Position numbers and translations under genes: made by a program. From the NCBI RefSeq assembly GCF_964355755.1, contig NC_092672.1, positions 37,268,437 through 37,332,436 of the forward strand: DNA of 64,000 bases, given 5' to 3'. Position 1 is the first letter of the stretch, and each line of letters starts with the position of its first letter. This stretch comes from Antedon mediterranea (lineage: Eukaryota > Animalia > Echinodermata). Under the pieces are notes generated by a model. That model saw nothing but the letters and a program-made list of their open reading frames with translations, was not told where the DNA came from and did no database searches. This document shows positions 1 through 14,606 of this stretch, piece after piece.

Positions 1-2454
1 TGGTGAGAAGATTTCCTTTGGAATGACCACTATTCTCGGATTACTGCTTTTTCAACAAATGATTGCTGAAACCTTACCTCCGAGTGCGGACAATGCTCCG
101 ATTATAGGTAAATACACAAACATTACCATATATTCCTACATTAAAGATGTATTGTCACCCAAAAACATGAAAATGAAGATTAATTAAATAAGCCAATGTC
201 ACTATTTTATGCTTTAAATTACAGTTTTTCAGGTAACTACATTTTTTACAGTAATGATTTCCTCTCAACACAGTTATAATGGCAATATTTCATCGCTTGC
301 GCGAAATAAATTTAAAACAATTGTAACTTCTGGGGAATTTTCCTAATTCTGTCAATTAAACGTCCGTTCGGTAAAATCACTCGATACTGATCGTTTATTG
401 AAGAGATTTAGCTATCAGACGTGACAAAGTTAACAGGTGTGATTAATGACTTTCTTAATAATGTTCGTGTTCGACTTAATTATCTACACGTTTAAATCGA
501 ACAAACAAATCGGTTGTCAGATATACTTGAATAGACTAATCAAACGAAAGGATTTATCTGGCCTTTAAACGAATACAATCGGAATAATATTATTTAAGTT
601 CAAGGTAAAAAACGCGTTTCAGTAGAATTCATTCCAACAACATTTATTAACGTCCAAAACACAAATAGTAACAAAAACAACAATGGCAAGAGATAATAAA
701 GAAAATGAACGAAGGCAGATCTCAGAAAGATTTGAATCTTGTGAAGAGATTGCCTTTACAAATTTATTTTTTTTAAATAGCAAATTTAGAAAAGAATAAA
801 TAAATAAAGTATAGGCCTAGAATTGTACACTAATAATATTATAATCATCGCAGATAATGAATCAAGGCAAAACGCGATATATTCTTCGTATCTGAAAACG
901 CGTTTTCTGTACTGTTTGACGAATTTCCACAATTTAGTTTTCAACAGAAAAATCAAAGGAAACCAATTATATACCTACAAAACCAAAATTCATTAATTAA
1001 ACACAATTCAATAAAAACAATTGTTTCTCAATTTAAACAAGCTGGTAGGATGTAGAATGGATACCGTGCTTTCGTCGTCGGGCTTATTGAATATTCAATA
1101 TATTTAATATATCTCGGTAACTTTATTTAAAACCAACCGATGAATAGTAAAATAAAATAAATATTGTTTGTTTGTTTGTTTGTTTTATTGCAGCAAATAC
1201 AAAAAGAACGTTAATAATCTGGCTTAAAAAGCTAAACTATGAACTAAAAAAAATAATTGTATTTCTTCTTTCTGACGATAATAATTGTTTGAAAAATATA
1301 ACATGGTAGTGATTGAAAGGTTGACCCTAATTGTATATCAACTGACCTTTTTACACTTTCTTTATACCCTTATATCCGATAATGACCTTATAGTGCAGCA
1401 GTATAAAATGTGTTGATTGCAGTAAAAAGGCACTCTTAGGGTTTTAGCTTATTTATCTTTATTACAAATAAATGCTTCATAAGATCATCAAACAATAATA
1501 TGAACAAAAATTATGTTTAGATACTGTTTTACATTACGTGCATTGTTGGGTTCGAAATACCTACCCCGCACTGCTTTAAGCTTGGTTCGCGACGCAACGC
1601 AAGGACGTAACGCAACGCAAAGTGATTGACTAATCACAAGCAATGGATTATTCGAACAGTGACTTGTCGTTGGTTAACTCGCTTGCGTTGCGCGTGCGCC
1701 CTTGCGTTTCGTCACTAGTTGGAACCAAGCTTTAAGATCGGTTCCCAAATACGTAAGCACGCCGTAAGCAATTTGACCAATCACGACGCAATTTATTATC
1801 TGAAATGCCTCTTACATTGTGCCTACGTCACGGCGGCGCAACAAAGGTGGCTTTATATATTAATCAAAATGATATGGCTACAAAAAAAAAACAAACGACG
1901 TACTGAATTATTATTATTACACAATAACAAATTAAAGAAAACTCTTCTTTTTAAATTAATTTACAGGAACATATTTCACTTTTATCATCTCGATGGGATG
2001 TGCATCTGTTCTGGTTACCTCAGTCATTCTAAATATATACTGCGGGAGCAGCGAGCGACCAATACCCGACTGGATCAGGATACTCGTATTGGGAAAATTG
2101 GGCGCCATAATCGGCCGTCAAAATGCAGATGCTAAAAAGAAGAAGGCCTACAATTTGGTTGAGAAGAAACCACAAGATGTAGCAACAGACCTTTATGAAA
2201 ACAATATTCGAAGCGATACAAACGATTTTTGTGGTGATATCGGTAAATCTGAAGTAAACATTAGTCGACCAAGGGGTTCGGCCAGGAGAAAATCCTACGA
2301 TGAAACACACTCGAATGCTGGAGGCTCGAAACAAAACGATGGTTTTGAAGGCCAGTGGCGAGAAGTTGCAGTCATTTTAGACAGACTTTTTCTAATCATT
2401 TCATTAATTATTGTTTCGATTGCAGCCGTTCATGTTCTTATCTCAATCGTATAA
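1..2454 (+). CDS. Cys-loop ligand-gated ion channel (nAChR-like) subunit, 5'-partial; exons <1-107 and 1967-2454
   Basis: Exon 1-107 reads GEKISFGMTTILGLLLFQQMIAETLPPSADNAPII (M2 region, GEK motif) and ends G|GTAAAT. The acceptor TTACAG at 1966 continues in phase into GTYFTFIISMG...VILNIY (M3), a cytoplasmic loop and WREVAVILDRLFL (M4), with stop at 2454. Intron position and phase match the paralog at 25422/25639. Confidence 0.9.
145..240. mobile_element. Partial Kolobok-like (TTAA-target) MITE end
   Basis: TTAA followed by AGATGTATTGTC, the same terminus as the elements at 29708, 43672 and 59831. The following sequence matches the reverse complement of the 59831-60156 copy. Confidence 0.55.
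1579..1731. mobile_element. Palindromic MITE, PIF/Harbinger-like (family A)
   Basis: TTA|AGCTTGGTTC...GGAACCAAGCT|TTA gives TIRs with a 3-bp TWA duplication. The interior is nearly palindromic (GACGCAACGCAAGG / CCTTGCGTTTCGTC). The family recurs at 13733-14200, 14607-14929 and ~62410-62570. Confidence 0.7.
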
Positions 2455-3029
2455 AACAGGCACAGTATCATGCCTGGAAACAATAAACAGGCCCTGTTAA
2501 AGTCACATGGTCAGTATATCAAGTCGATAGTAATGTGTAGTGGTGTAATAATTTAAATTTTTATAAGAAAAAAATGTCTGTATTGTATGTTTAAGATAAA
2601 ACTAGTTTAAGATTAATCAACCGAATAGCTGTTATCATAATTGCAATATTTGACTTTAATAGAATACCTGTATAACTATAGTAATGATACATTTCGCATG
2701 TTCGAATTCTGTCAATAGATATTCTTTCCCAATAGGACAAATCGCAAAGACCTCGACCAATCACAAGCGACAGAATGTTCTGCGTCTTATGATTGGTCAA
2801 TTATACTTTTACTGCGTGTACGTACGTCATTGATGTCCTATAAGTAAGAACACAATAGACATTTGATTTTGTACACCATCATGCATAACTATTCCAACAA
2901 TCCGTTAATTACACTTACCAGAGAAATTAAATATTGCTTAGAACCTAATCACAGGCTGGCTGTGATATTTGCATATTATCAAACTAACAATACAAACGAA
3001 AATGACTTTTATAATCATTCATTTAACTT

Positions 3030-3200
3030 TTATATTGTAAATTTTTAAGCCTTTAATATATTTTATGTCATTTGAATATTTAATATTTTATGTGTTGTAC
3101 TGTATGTTTGTTTTATCGAGGGCCCTGAATGATCAGTTCTATTAGGAACTGAATAGGCTACCCTCAGTAAATATGGTAATAAATAAATAAATAAATAAAT
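3030..3200 (+). mobile_element. 3'-terminal fragment of a CR1/L2(Crack)-type LINE or related SINE
   Basis: GAGGGCCC...CAGTTC-loop-GAACTG...GGCTACCCTC stem-loop followed by a (TAAA)n tail. Resembles the 3' end of the LINE at 23630-23736. Confidence 0.45.
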
Positions 3201-3672
3201 TCGCGTATTCAAGTCCAGTTTAATTACATTCTATAGAATTACGTCATAGTATAAAGTAGGTCCGTATTTTTATAAGGTATATATAGATTTCATATCATGA
3301 ATTATTCATTAAACTTCTGAATTATTCATTTTCCAAAATTCTGTACTATATCTGTACTATTTTAAAAATTGTATATAGCTGTATACATGACAAAATTATC
3401 TCCAGAACTGTGATGGCTTGTAAATATCTATAAGTACACAGTGTATGTATGATTTGCCGCATTGTTGTCCGTAACATTATACTGGTAGGATTAAATAAAT
3501 TATATTCAGAAGTCTTTTATTTTAGTTTTATGATGTAAGATGACCTGCTGATTGTTATATACTGTGATTACTTGTCTATATTTAGGTAAGCAAGAAGTTA
3601 CATTGTTAGATAATACGTGATAGTCTCGGACGGTACGGTACATTTGAAAGCAACTTCCCAGGTCACTTCTTA

Positions 3673-3820
3673 AGTTCTGTCTAAACTATACAATTAAGTT
3701 TGACAAAACAAGTGTAATGTGCCCAATATGGTGGTGATATGCCCAAATATGGTAGTGATATGACATCATCATGTCCATATATGGGTACATCACATTTTTT
3801 CACATTAAGTTAGACAGCTT
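3673..3820. mobile_element. MITE family B (AGCTCTGTCTACACTATCAAAC termini), degenerate copy
   Basis: Shares the internal motif GCCCAAATATGGTAGTGATATGACATCATC and degenerate termini with copies at ~4450-4676, ~19292-19412 and ~24698-24832. Confidence 0.55.
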
Positions 3821-4449
3821 TATGTAAGCTTGGTTCCCCCTTGGGAGCAGCAAGCGATATAAATAGTTTGGATGATCTATCGTGTCGTCGTCGTGATTGG
3901 TAAATTTACGGCGTGCTTACATTCACGCTTTGCCTCCAAAATGGGAAACAAATTTTAGTATTCGCTACAATTTGCATTCGAGTAACTTTTGTCCGAGATG
4001 GTTAACATTATAAAAGGAATTATCCAAAAATGATGAACAGAAAAGGGAGGAGTGATTCTATTAATAAATATCAATTTATATTCTAATTAATTTAATAGAA
4101 TTGTTATTGCATTTGATTTGATTACACAATGTATTAATCAAACGAGGAGTACAAAATTAAACATTCATTAATTTTAAATTAATTAATTTTAGGTTGTGAA
4201 ACACAAATAGATTTGAAACGAAATATTTTAAAATAGTGTATGCCCGGGCCTACACTGTTATTATAGTTAAAATAACCCCATGGTTAATTAAGTCAATGTA
4301 CTTATTAAAGTGTGTATCGATAAAAAGTTCATCTGACTCTGCATTAAATTATGATTCATAACTGACAATAGGATTGTGTATTTTGATTAATTGACACGCA
4401 TCTGGATCATGTGACAGAACCGGAAGGCATAGAAGACATTGTTAATATT

Positions 4450-4676
4450 TGTCTACACTATCAAACCAGTTTAACCAAAAAAAAAGTGTGATATGCCTAC
4501 ATATAGGCCTATGGTAATGATACTCCCAAATATGGTAGTGATATGCCCAAATATGGTAGTGATATTCCCAAATATGGTAGTAATATGCCTAAATACGGTA
4601 GTGACATGATGATGTCCATATATGGTTACATCATTTGTTTTTGTCACATAAAGTTGATAGTGTAAGACTGAGCTTT
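4450..4676. mobile_element. MITE family B copy with internally amplified CCCAAATATGGTAGTGATAT units
   Basis: TGTCTACACTATCAAAC at the left end and GTTGATAGTGTAAGACTGAGCTTTA at the right. About five tandem 21-bp internal units. Confidence 0.6.
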
Positions 4677-4710
4677 AGTTTCACGTCCACCATGTTAAAA
4701 AAAATTGTAT

Positions 4711-7700
4711 CTACATGAGAATGACAGTAGAGTCAAATCACCGTTCACATCTAGGAATCATAGACCCTACATGAGAATGACAGTAGAGTCAAATCACCGT
4801 TCACATCTAGGAATCCTAGACCCTACATGAGAATGACAGTAGAGTCAAATCACCGTTCACATCTAGGAATCATAGACCCTACATGAGAATGACAGTAGAG
4901 TTAAATCACCGTTCACATCTAGGAATCATAGACCCTACATGAGAATGACAGTAGAGTCAAATCACCGTTCACATCTAGGAATCATAGACCCTACATGAGA
5001 ATGACAGTAGAGTCAAATCACCGTTCACATCTAGGAATCATAGACCCTACATGAGAATGACAGTAGAGTTAAATCACCGTTCACATCTAGGAATCCTAGA
5101 CCCTACATGAGAATGACAGTAGAGTCAAATCACCGTTCACATCTAGGAATCATAGACCCTACATGAGAATGACAGTAGAGTTAAATCACCGTTCACATCT
5201 AGGAATCCTAGACCCTACATGAGAATGACAGTAGAGTCAAATCACCGTTCACATCTAGGAATCATAGACCCTACATGAGAATGACAGTAGAGTTAAATCA
5301 CCGTTCACATCTAGGAATCATAGACCCTACATGAGAATGACAGTAGAGTCAAATCACCGTTCACATCTAGGAATCATAGACCCTACATGAGAATGACAGT
5401 AGAGTCAAATCACCGTTCACATCTAGGAATCATAGACCCTACATGAGAATGACAGTAGAGTCAAATCACCGTTCACATCTAGGAATCATAGACCCTACTT
5501 GAGAATGACAGTAGAGTCAAATCACCGTTCACATCTAGGAATCATAGACTCTACATGAGAATGACAGTAGAGTCAAATCACCGTTCACATCTAGGAATCC
5601 TAGACCCTACATGAGAATGACAGTAGAGTTAAATCACCGTTCACATCTAGGAATCATAGACACTACATGAGAATGACAGTAGAGTCAAATCACCGTTCAC
5701 ATCTAGGAATCATAGACCCTACATGAGAATGACAGTAGAGTCAAATCACCGTTCACATCTAGGAATCATAGACCCTACATGAGAATGACAGTAGAGTCAA
5801 ATCACCGTTCACATCTAGGAATCATAGACCCTACATGAGAATGACAGTAGAGTCAAATCACCGTTCACATCTAGGAATCATAGACTCTACATGAGAATGA
5901 CAGTAGAGTCAAATCACCGTTCACATCTAGGAATCCTAGACCCTACATGAGAATGACAGTAGAGTCAAATCACCGTTCACATCTAGGAATCATAGACCCT
6001 ACATGAGAATGACAGTAGAGTCAAATCACCGTTCACATCTAGGAATCATAGACTCTACATGAGAATGACAGTAGAGTCAAATCACCGTTCACATCTAGGA
6101 ATCCTAGACCCTACATGAGAATGACAGTAGAGTCAAATCACCGTTCACATCTAGGAATCATAGACCCTACATGAGAATGACAGTAGAGTCAAATCACCGT
6201 TCACATCTAGGAATCATAGACCCTACATGAGAATGACAGTAGAGTCAAATCACCGTTCACATCTAGGAATCATAGACTCTACATGAGAATGACAGTAGAG
6301 TCAAATCACCGTTCACATCTAGGAATCATAGACCCTACATGAGAATGACAGTAGAGTCAAATCACCGTTCACATCTAGGAATCATAGACCCTACATGAGA
6401 ATGACAGTAGAGTCAAATCACCGTTCACATCTAGGAATCCTAGACCCTACATGAGAATGACAGTAGAGTTAAATCACCGTTCACATCTAGGAATCATAGA
6501 CCCTACATGAGAATGACAGTAGAGTCAAATCACCGTTCACATCTAGGAATCATAGACCCTACATGAGAATGACAGTAGAGTCAAATCACCGTTCACATCT
6601 AGGAATCATAGACTCTACATGAGAATGACAGTAGAGTCAAATCACCGTTCACATCTAGGAATCATAGACTCTACATGAGAATGACAGTAGAGTCAAATCA
6701 CCGTTCACATCTAGGAATCATAGACTCTACATGAGAATGACAGTAGAGTCAAATCACCGTTCACATCTAGGAATCATAGACCCTACATGAGAATGACAGT
6801 AGAGTCAAATCACCGTTCACATCTAGGAATCATAGACTCTACATGAGAATGACAGTAGAGTCAAATCACCGTTCACATCTAGGAATCATAGACTCTACAT
6901 GAGAATGACAGTAGAGTCAAATCACCGTTCACATCTAGGAATCATAGACCCTACATGAGAATGACAGTAGAGTCAAATCACCGTTCACATCTAGGAATCA
7001 TAGACCCTACATGAGAATGACAGTAGAGTCAAATCACCGTTCACATCTAGGAATCCTAGACCCTACATGAGAATGACAGTAGAGTCAAATCACCGTTCAC
7101 ATCTAGGAATCATAGACCCTACATGAGAATGACAGTAGAGTCAAATCACCGTTCACATCTAGGAATCATAGACCCTACATGAGAATGACAGTAGAGTCAA
7201 ATCACCGTTCACATCTAGGAATCATAGACTCTACTTGAGAATGACAGTAGAGTCAAATCACCGTTCACATCTAGGAATCATAGACCCTACATGAGAATGA
7301 CAGTAGAGTCAAATCACCGTTCACATCTAGGAATCATAGACCCTACTTGAGAATGACAGTAGAGTCAAATCACCGTTCACATCTAGGAATCATAGACCCT
7401 ACATGAGAATGACAGTAGAGTCAAATCACCGTTCACATCTAGGAATCATAGACCCTACTTGAGAATGACAGTAGAGTCAAATCACCGTTCACATCTAGGA
7501 ATCATAGACCCTACTTGAGAATGACAGTAGAGTCAAATCACCGTTCACATCTAGGAATCATAGACCCTACATGAGAATGACAGTAGAGTCAAATCACCGT
7601 TCACATCTAGGAATCATAGACCCTACATGAGAATGACAGTAGAGTCAAATCACCGTTCACATCTAGGAATCATAGACCCTACATGAGAATGACAGTAGAG

Positions 7701-10700
7701 TCAAATCACCGTTCACATCTAGGAATCCTAGACCCTACATGAGAATGACAGTAGAGTCAAATCACCGTTCACATCTAGGAATCATAGACCCTACATGAGA
7801 ATGACAGTAGAGTCAAATCACCGTTCACATCTAGGAATCATAGACCCTACTTGAGAATGACAGTAGAGTCAAATCACCGTTCACATCTAGGAATCATAGA
7901 CCCTACATGAGAATGACAGTAGAGTCAAATCACCGTTCACATCTAGGAATCATAGACCCTACATGAGAATGACAGTAGAGTCAAATCACCGTTCACATCT
8001 AGGAATCATAGACCCTACTTGAGAATGACAGTAGAGTCAAATCACCGTTCACATCTAGGAATCATAGACCCTACATGAGAATGACAGTAGAGTCAAATCA
8101 CCGTTCACATCTAGGAATCATAGACCCTACTTGAGAATGACAGTAGAGTCAAATCACCGTTCACATCTAGGAATCATAGACCCTACATGAGAATGACAGT
8201 AGAGTCAAATCACCGTTCACATCTAGGAATCATAGACCCTACATGAGAATGACAGTAGAGTCAAATCACCGTTCACATCTAGGAATCATAGACCCTACAT
8301 GAGAATGACAGTAGAGTCAAATCACCGTTCACATCTAGGAATCATAGACCCTACATGAGAATGACAGTAGAGTCAAATCACCGTTCACATCTAGGAATCA
8401 TAGACCCTACATGAGAATGACAGTAGAGTCAAATCACCGTTCACATCTAGGAATCATAGACCCTACTTGAGAATGACAGTAGAGTCAAATCACCGTTCAC
8501 ATCTAGGAATCATAGACCCTACATGAGAATGACAGTAGAGTCAAATCACCGTTCACATCTAGGAATCATAGACCCTACTTGAGAATGACAGTAGAGTCAA
8601 ATCACCGTTCACATCTAGGAATCATAGACCCTACATGAGAATGACAGTAGAGTCAAATCACCGTTCACATCTAGGAATCATAGACCCTACATGAGAATGA
8701 CAGTAGAGTCAAATCACCGTTCACATCTAGGAATCATAGACCCTACTTGAGAATGACAGTAGAGTCAAATCACCGTTCACATCTAGGAATCATAGACCCT
8801 ACATGAGAATGACAGTAGAGTTAAATCACCGTTCACATCTAGGAATCCTAGACCCTACATGAGAATGACAGTAGAGTCAAATCACCGTTCACATCTAGGA
8901 ATCATAGACCCTACATGAGAATGACAGTAGAGTTAAATCACCGTTCACATCTAGGAATCATAGACCCTACATGAGAATGACAGTAGAGTCAAATCACCGT
9001 TCACATCTAGGAATCATAGACCCTACATGAGAATGACAGTAGAGTCAAATCACCGTTCACATCTAGGAATCATAGACCCTACATGAGAATGACAGTAGAG
9101 TCAAATCACCGTTCACATCTAGGAATCATAGACCCTACTTGAGAATGACAGTAGAGTCAAATCACCGTTCACATCTAGGAATCATAGACTCTACATGAGA
9201 ATGACAGTAGAGTCAAATCACCGTTCACATCTAGGAATCCTAGACCCTACATGAGAATGACAGTAGAGTTAAATCACCGTTCACATCTAGGAATCATAGA
9301 CACTACATGAGAATGACAGTAGAGTCAAATCACCGTTCACATCTAGGAATCATAGACCCTACATGAGAATGACAGTAGAGTCAAATCACCGTTCACATCT
9401 AGGAATCATAGACCCTACATGAGAATGACAGTAGAGTCAAATCACCGTTCACATCTAGGAATCATAGACCCTACTTGAGAATGACAGTAGAGTCAAATCA
9501 CCGTTCACATCTAGGAATCATAGACCCTACATGAGAATGACAGTAGAGTCAAATCACCGTTCACATCTAGGAATCATAGACCCTACATGAGAATGACAGT
9601 AGAGTCAAATCACCGTTCACATCTAGGAATCATAGACCCTACATGAGAATGACAGTAGAGTCAAATCACCGTTCACATCTAGGAATCATAGACCCTACAT
9701 GAGAATGACAGTAGAGTCAAATCACCGTTCACATCTAGGAATCATAGACTCTACATGAGAATGACAGTAGAGTCAAATCACCGTTCACATCTAGGAATCC
9801 TAGACCCTACATGAGAATGACAGTAGAGTCAAATCACCGTTCACATCTAGGAATCATAGACCCTACATGAGAATGACAGTAGAGTCAAATCACCGTTCAC
9901 ATCTAGGAATCATAGACTCTACATGAGAATGACAGTAGAGTCAAATCACCGTTCACATCTAGGAATCCTAGACCCTACATGAGAATGACAGTAGAGTCAA
10001 ATCACCGTTCACATCTAGGAATCATAGACCCTACATGAGAATGACAGTAGAGTCAAATCACCGTTCACATCTAGGAATCATAGACCCTACATGAGAATGA
10101 CAGTAGAGTCAAATCACCGTTCACATCTAGGAATCATAGACTCTACATGAGAATGACAGTAGAGTCAAATCACCGTTCACATCTAGGAATCATAGACCCT
10201 ACATGAGAATGACAGTAGAGTCAAATCACCGTTCACATCTAGGAATCATAGACCCTACATGAGAATGACAGTAGAGTCAAATCACCGTTCACATCTAGGA
10301 ATCCTAGACCCTACATGAGAATGACAGTAGAGTTAAATCACCGTTCACATCTAGGAATCATAGACCCTACATGAGAATGACAGTAGAGTCAAATCACCGT
10401 TCACATCTAGGAATCATAGACCCTACATGAGAATGACAGTAGAGTCAAATCACCGTTCACATCTAGGAATCATAGACTCTACATGAGAATGACAGTAGAG
10501 TCAAATCACCGTTCACATCTAGGAATCATAGACTCTACATGAGAATGACAGTAGAGTCAAATCACCGTTCACATCTAGGAATCATAGACTCTACATGAGA
10601 ATGACAGTAGAGTCAAATCACCGTTCACATCTAGGAATCATAGACCCTACATGAGAATGACAGTAGAGTCAAATCACCGTTCACATCTAGGAATCATAGA

Positions 10701-13166
10701 CTCTACATGAGAATGACAGTAGAGTCAAATCACCGTTCACATCTAGGAATCATAGACTCTACATGAGAATGACAGTAGAGTCAAATCACCGTTCACATCT
10801 AGGAATCATAGACCCTACATGAGAATGACAGTAGAGTCAAATCACCGTTCACATCTAGGAATCATAGACCCTACATGAGAATGACAGTAGAGTCAAATCA
10901 CCGTTCACATCTAGGAATCCTAGACCCTACATGAGAATGACAGTAGAGTCAAATCACCGTTCACATCTAGGAATCATAGACCCTACATGAGAATGACAGT
11001 AGAGTCAAATCACCGTTCACATCTAGGAATCATAGACCCTACATGAGAATGACAGTAGAGTCAAATCACCGTTCACATCTAGGAATCATAGACTCTACTT
11101 GAGAATGACAGTAGAGTCAAATCACCGTTCACATCTAGGAATCATAGACCCTACATGAGAATGACAGTAGAGTCAAATCACCGTTCACATCTAGGAATCA
11201 TAGACCCTACTTGAGAATGACAGTAGAGTCAAATCACCGTTCACATCTAGGAATCATAGACCCTACATGAGAATGACAGTAGAGTCAAATCACCGTTCAC
11301 ATCTAGGAATCATAGACCCTACATGAGAATGACAGTAGAGTCAAATCACCGTTCACATCTAGGAATCATAGACCCTACTTGAGAATGACAGTAGAGTCAA
11401 ATCACCGTTCACATCTAGGAATCATAGACCCTACTTGAGAATGACAGTAGAGTCAAATCACCGTTCACATCTAGGAATCATAGACCCTACATGAGAATGA
11501 CAGTAGAGTCAAATCACCGTTCACATCTAGGAATCATAGACCCTACATGAGAATGACAGTAGAGTCAAATCACCGTTCACATCTAGGAATCATAGACCCT
11601 ACATGAGAATGACAGTAGAGTCAAATCACCGTTCACATCTAGGAATCCTAGACCCTACATGAGAATGACAGTAGAGTCAAATCACCGTTCACATCTAGGA
11701 ATCATAGACCCTACATGAGAATGACAGTAGAGTCAAATCACCGTTCACATCTAGGAATCATAGACCCTACTTGAGAATGACAGTAGAGTCAAATCACCGT
11801 TCACATCTAGGAATCATAGACCCTACATGAGAATGACAGTAGAGTCAAATCACCGTTCACATCTAGGAATCATAGACCCTACATGAGAATGACAGTAGAG
11901 TCAAATCACCGTTCACATCTAGGAATCATAGACCCTACTTGAGAATGACAGTAGAGTCAAATCACCGTTCACATCTAGGAATCATAGACCCTACATGAGA
12001 ATGACAGTAGAGTCAAATCACCGTTCACATCTAGGAATCATAGACCCTACTTGAGAATGACAGTAGAGTCAAATCACCGTTCACATCTAGGAATCATAGA
12101 CCCTACATGAGAATGACAGTAGAGTCAAATCACCGTTCACATCTAGGAATCATAGACCCTACATGAGAATGACAGTAGAGTCAAATCACCGTTCACATCT
12201 AGGAATCATAGACCCTACATGAGAATGACAGTAGAGTCAAATCACCGTTCACATCTAGGAATCATAGACCCTACATGAGAATGACAGTAGAGTCAAATCA
12301 CCGTTCACATCTAGGAATCATAGACCCTACATGAGAATGACAGTAGAGTCAAATCACCGTTCACATCTAGGAATCATAGACCCTACTTGAGAATGACAGT
12401 AGAGTCAAATCACCGTTCACATCTAGGAATCATAGACCCTACATGAGAATGACAGTAGAGTCAAATCACCGTTCACATCTAGGAATCATAGACCCTACTT
12501 GAGAATGACAGTAGAGTCAAATCACCGTTCACATCTAGGAATCATAGACCCTACTTGAGAATGACAGTAGAGTCAAATCACCGTTCACATCTAGGAATCA
12601 TAGACCCTACATGAGAATGACAGTAGAGTCAAATCACCGTTCACATCTAGGAATCATAGACCCTACATGAGAATGACAGTAGAGTCAAATCACCGTTCAC
12701 ATCTAGGAATCATAGACCCTACATGAGAATGACAGTAGAGTCAAATCACCGTTCACATCTAGGAATCATAGACCCTACATGAGAATGACAGTAGAGTCAA
12801 ATCACCGTTCACATCTAGGAATCATAGACCCTACATGAGAATGACAGTAGAGTCAAATCACCGTTCACATCTAGGAATCATAGACTCTACATGAGAATGA
12901 CAGTAGAGTCAAATCACCGTTCACATCTAGGAATCATAGACCCTACATGAGAATGACAGTAGAGTCAAATCACCGTTCACATCTAGGAATCATAGACCCT
13001 ACTTGAGAATGACAGTAGAGTCAAATCACCGTTCACATCTAGGAATCATAGACCCTACATGAGAATGACAGTAGAGTCAAATCACCGTTCACATCTAGGA
13101 ATCATAGACCCTACATGAGAATGACAGTAGAGTCAAATCACCGTTCACATCTAGGAATCATAGACC
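4711..13166. repeat. 56-bp tandem satellite array, 151 copies
   Basis: Unit CTACATGAGAATGACAGTAGAGTCAAATCACCGTTCACATCTAGGAATCATAGACC; 8456 bp / 56 = 151. No indels seen, and variation appears limited to about four positions. Confidence 0.98.
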
Positions 13167-13732
13167 CATTTTGATCGAAAATTTAATGATTTCTTTCTAT
13201 TTTGTATAGGCTACACTAATAGTTAATAGTGAAAAAAGTTACGCGGCTTTAAATTTTAAATATTTTTTAAGTTCACTTAGTTAGGAAGACTTAGGTTTAT
13301 TGTAAAATTCATTTAGGCCCTGTATAAATGTATTATAATACTATAATTAACGTCCTCCTTGTCTTAAGTAGTAATAAACGTGTTATAATGTAATAAATTT
13401 AAGTTGCCTGTTGGTTGTTATTAGACAGCGGAGGAATCGTTCAGTAATTTGACTATAAGCCCGATTTTATGAACATAATAACTGAACACTCACTGAATGT
13501 TATTTTCATGTTATTATAGCTTGGGGATTTAAAATAAATCTTCTCTCCAGTTCTTATTAATAATAGATTTTTATTTTTCTTCGTCGTTAAATTTCCCCAG
13601 TGTTGATCAAATTAACAACAATGTTATAAATAATGAAAATAATATGTTATGGTGATGACAATATGAAAGACATTATTAATGTAAATAAAAGTGGTGTTTA
13701 CGCCACAAAAGAGAGAAAAAAAACCAGACTAA

Positions 13733-14200
13733 GGTTTGGTTCCCACTAGGACGCAACGCAAGGACGTAAAGCCTAGTTCCCACTAGAACGTAACGCAAGG
13801 ACGTAAACGCAACACAAGCGTTTTAACCAATGACAAGCGAAGTTATAGACAGTTAGCAATCACAAGCTAATAAGCCATCGCTTGTGATTGGTTAATTCAC
13901 TTGCGTTGCGTTACGTTCTTGTGTTGCGTCGCTAGTGGGAACCACGCTTTAGAGTAACGCGGGTAACTTGACCAATCACAAGCGACGGATTATCCGACTT
14001 GTCATTGGTCAACTCGCTTGTGTTGCACTTACATGTGGCGAACAATGAAGCTTAAGCTTGGTTCCCACTATGACGCAACACAAGGACATAAACGCAACGC
14101 AAGCGTGTTGACCAATGACAAGCGACAGTCGAATAAATCCATCGCTTGTCATTGGTCAAATCCCTTACGTTGTGTTACGTCCAAGCATTAGGTACACCAT
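13733..14200. mobile_element. Cluster of nested/adjacent family A MITEs
   Basis: An outer copy starting GGTTTGGTTCCCACTAGGACGCAACG is interrupted by a complete copy at 13770-13948 (TAA/TTA flanks). A further copy starts near 14054. Confidence 0.7.
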
Positions 14201-14606
14201 CTTGTTTCAAGAAGGCTGGCACATGCAGCGGCACTATGAACGCTGTTATTGTAGCCCCTTGGTCCAAGAAGGCTAGGCACATTCGGCACTGTGAACGTTG
14301 TTGTTATAGCCATTGGTCCATCCATCTAGAAAACCTTGCCCATTCTCTCATTTTGGTTAACGAGAATCACTAAAAATGATGGATTTATTGCAAACGGGGC
14401 TCATCTAAAGATAAACTGAGGAATCAAAATGGTCATTAATAATAAGTATAAGTCGGCAAATTGCGTGTTAAGTTAAGCATTTAAATTTAATTAACAATTT
14501 TAAAGACGTTATAATATTCTCTATGCCACACCCGTAAAACAAAATATAATATATATGTTATTGCGTAAAGACATATCATAAACTTAACTAATCATTATTA
14601 CTATTA

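Noticed and set aside
1719-2135. 138-aa ORF
   Set aside because: Starts in MITE sequence and overlaps the real nAChR exon in another frame.
4711-13166. CRISPR array
   Set aside because: Units are contiguous 56-mers with no unique spacers, no cas genes, and a eukaryotic intron-exon context.
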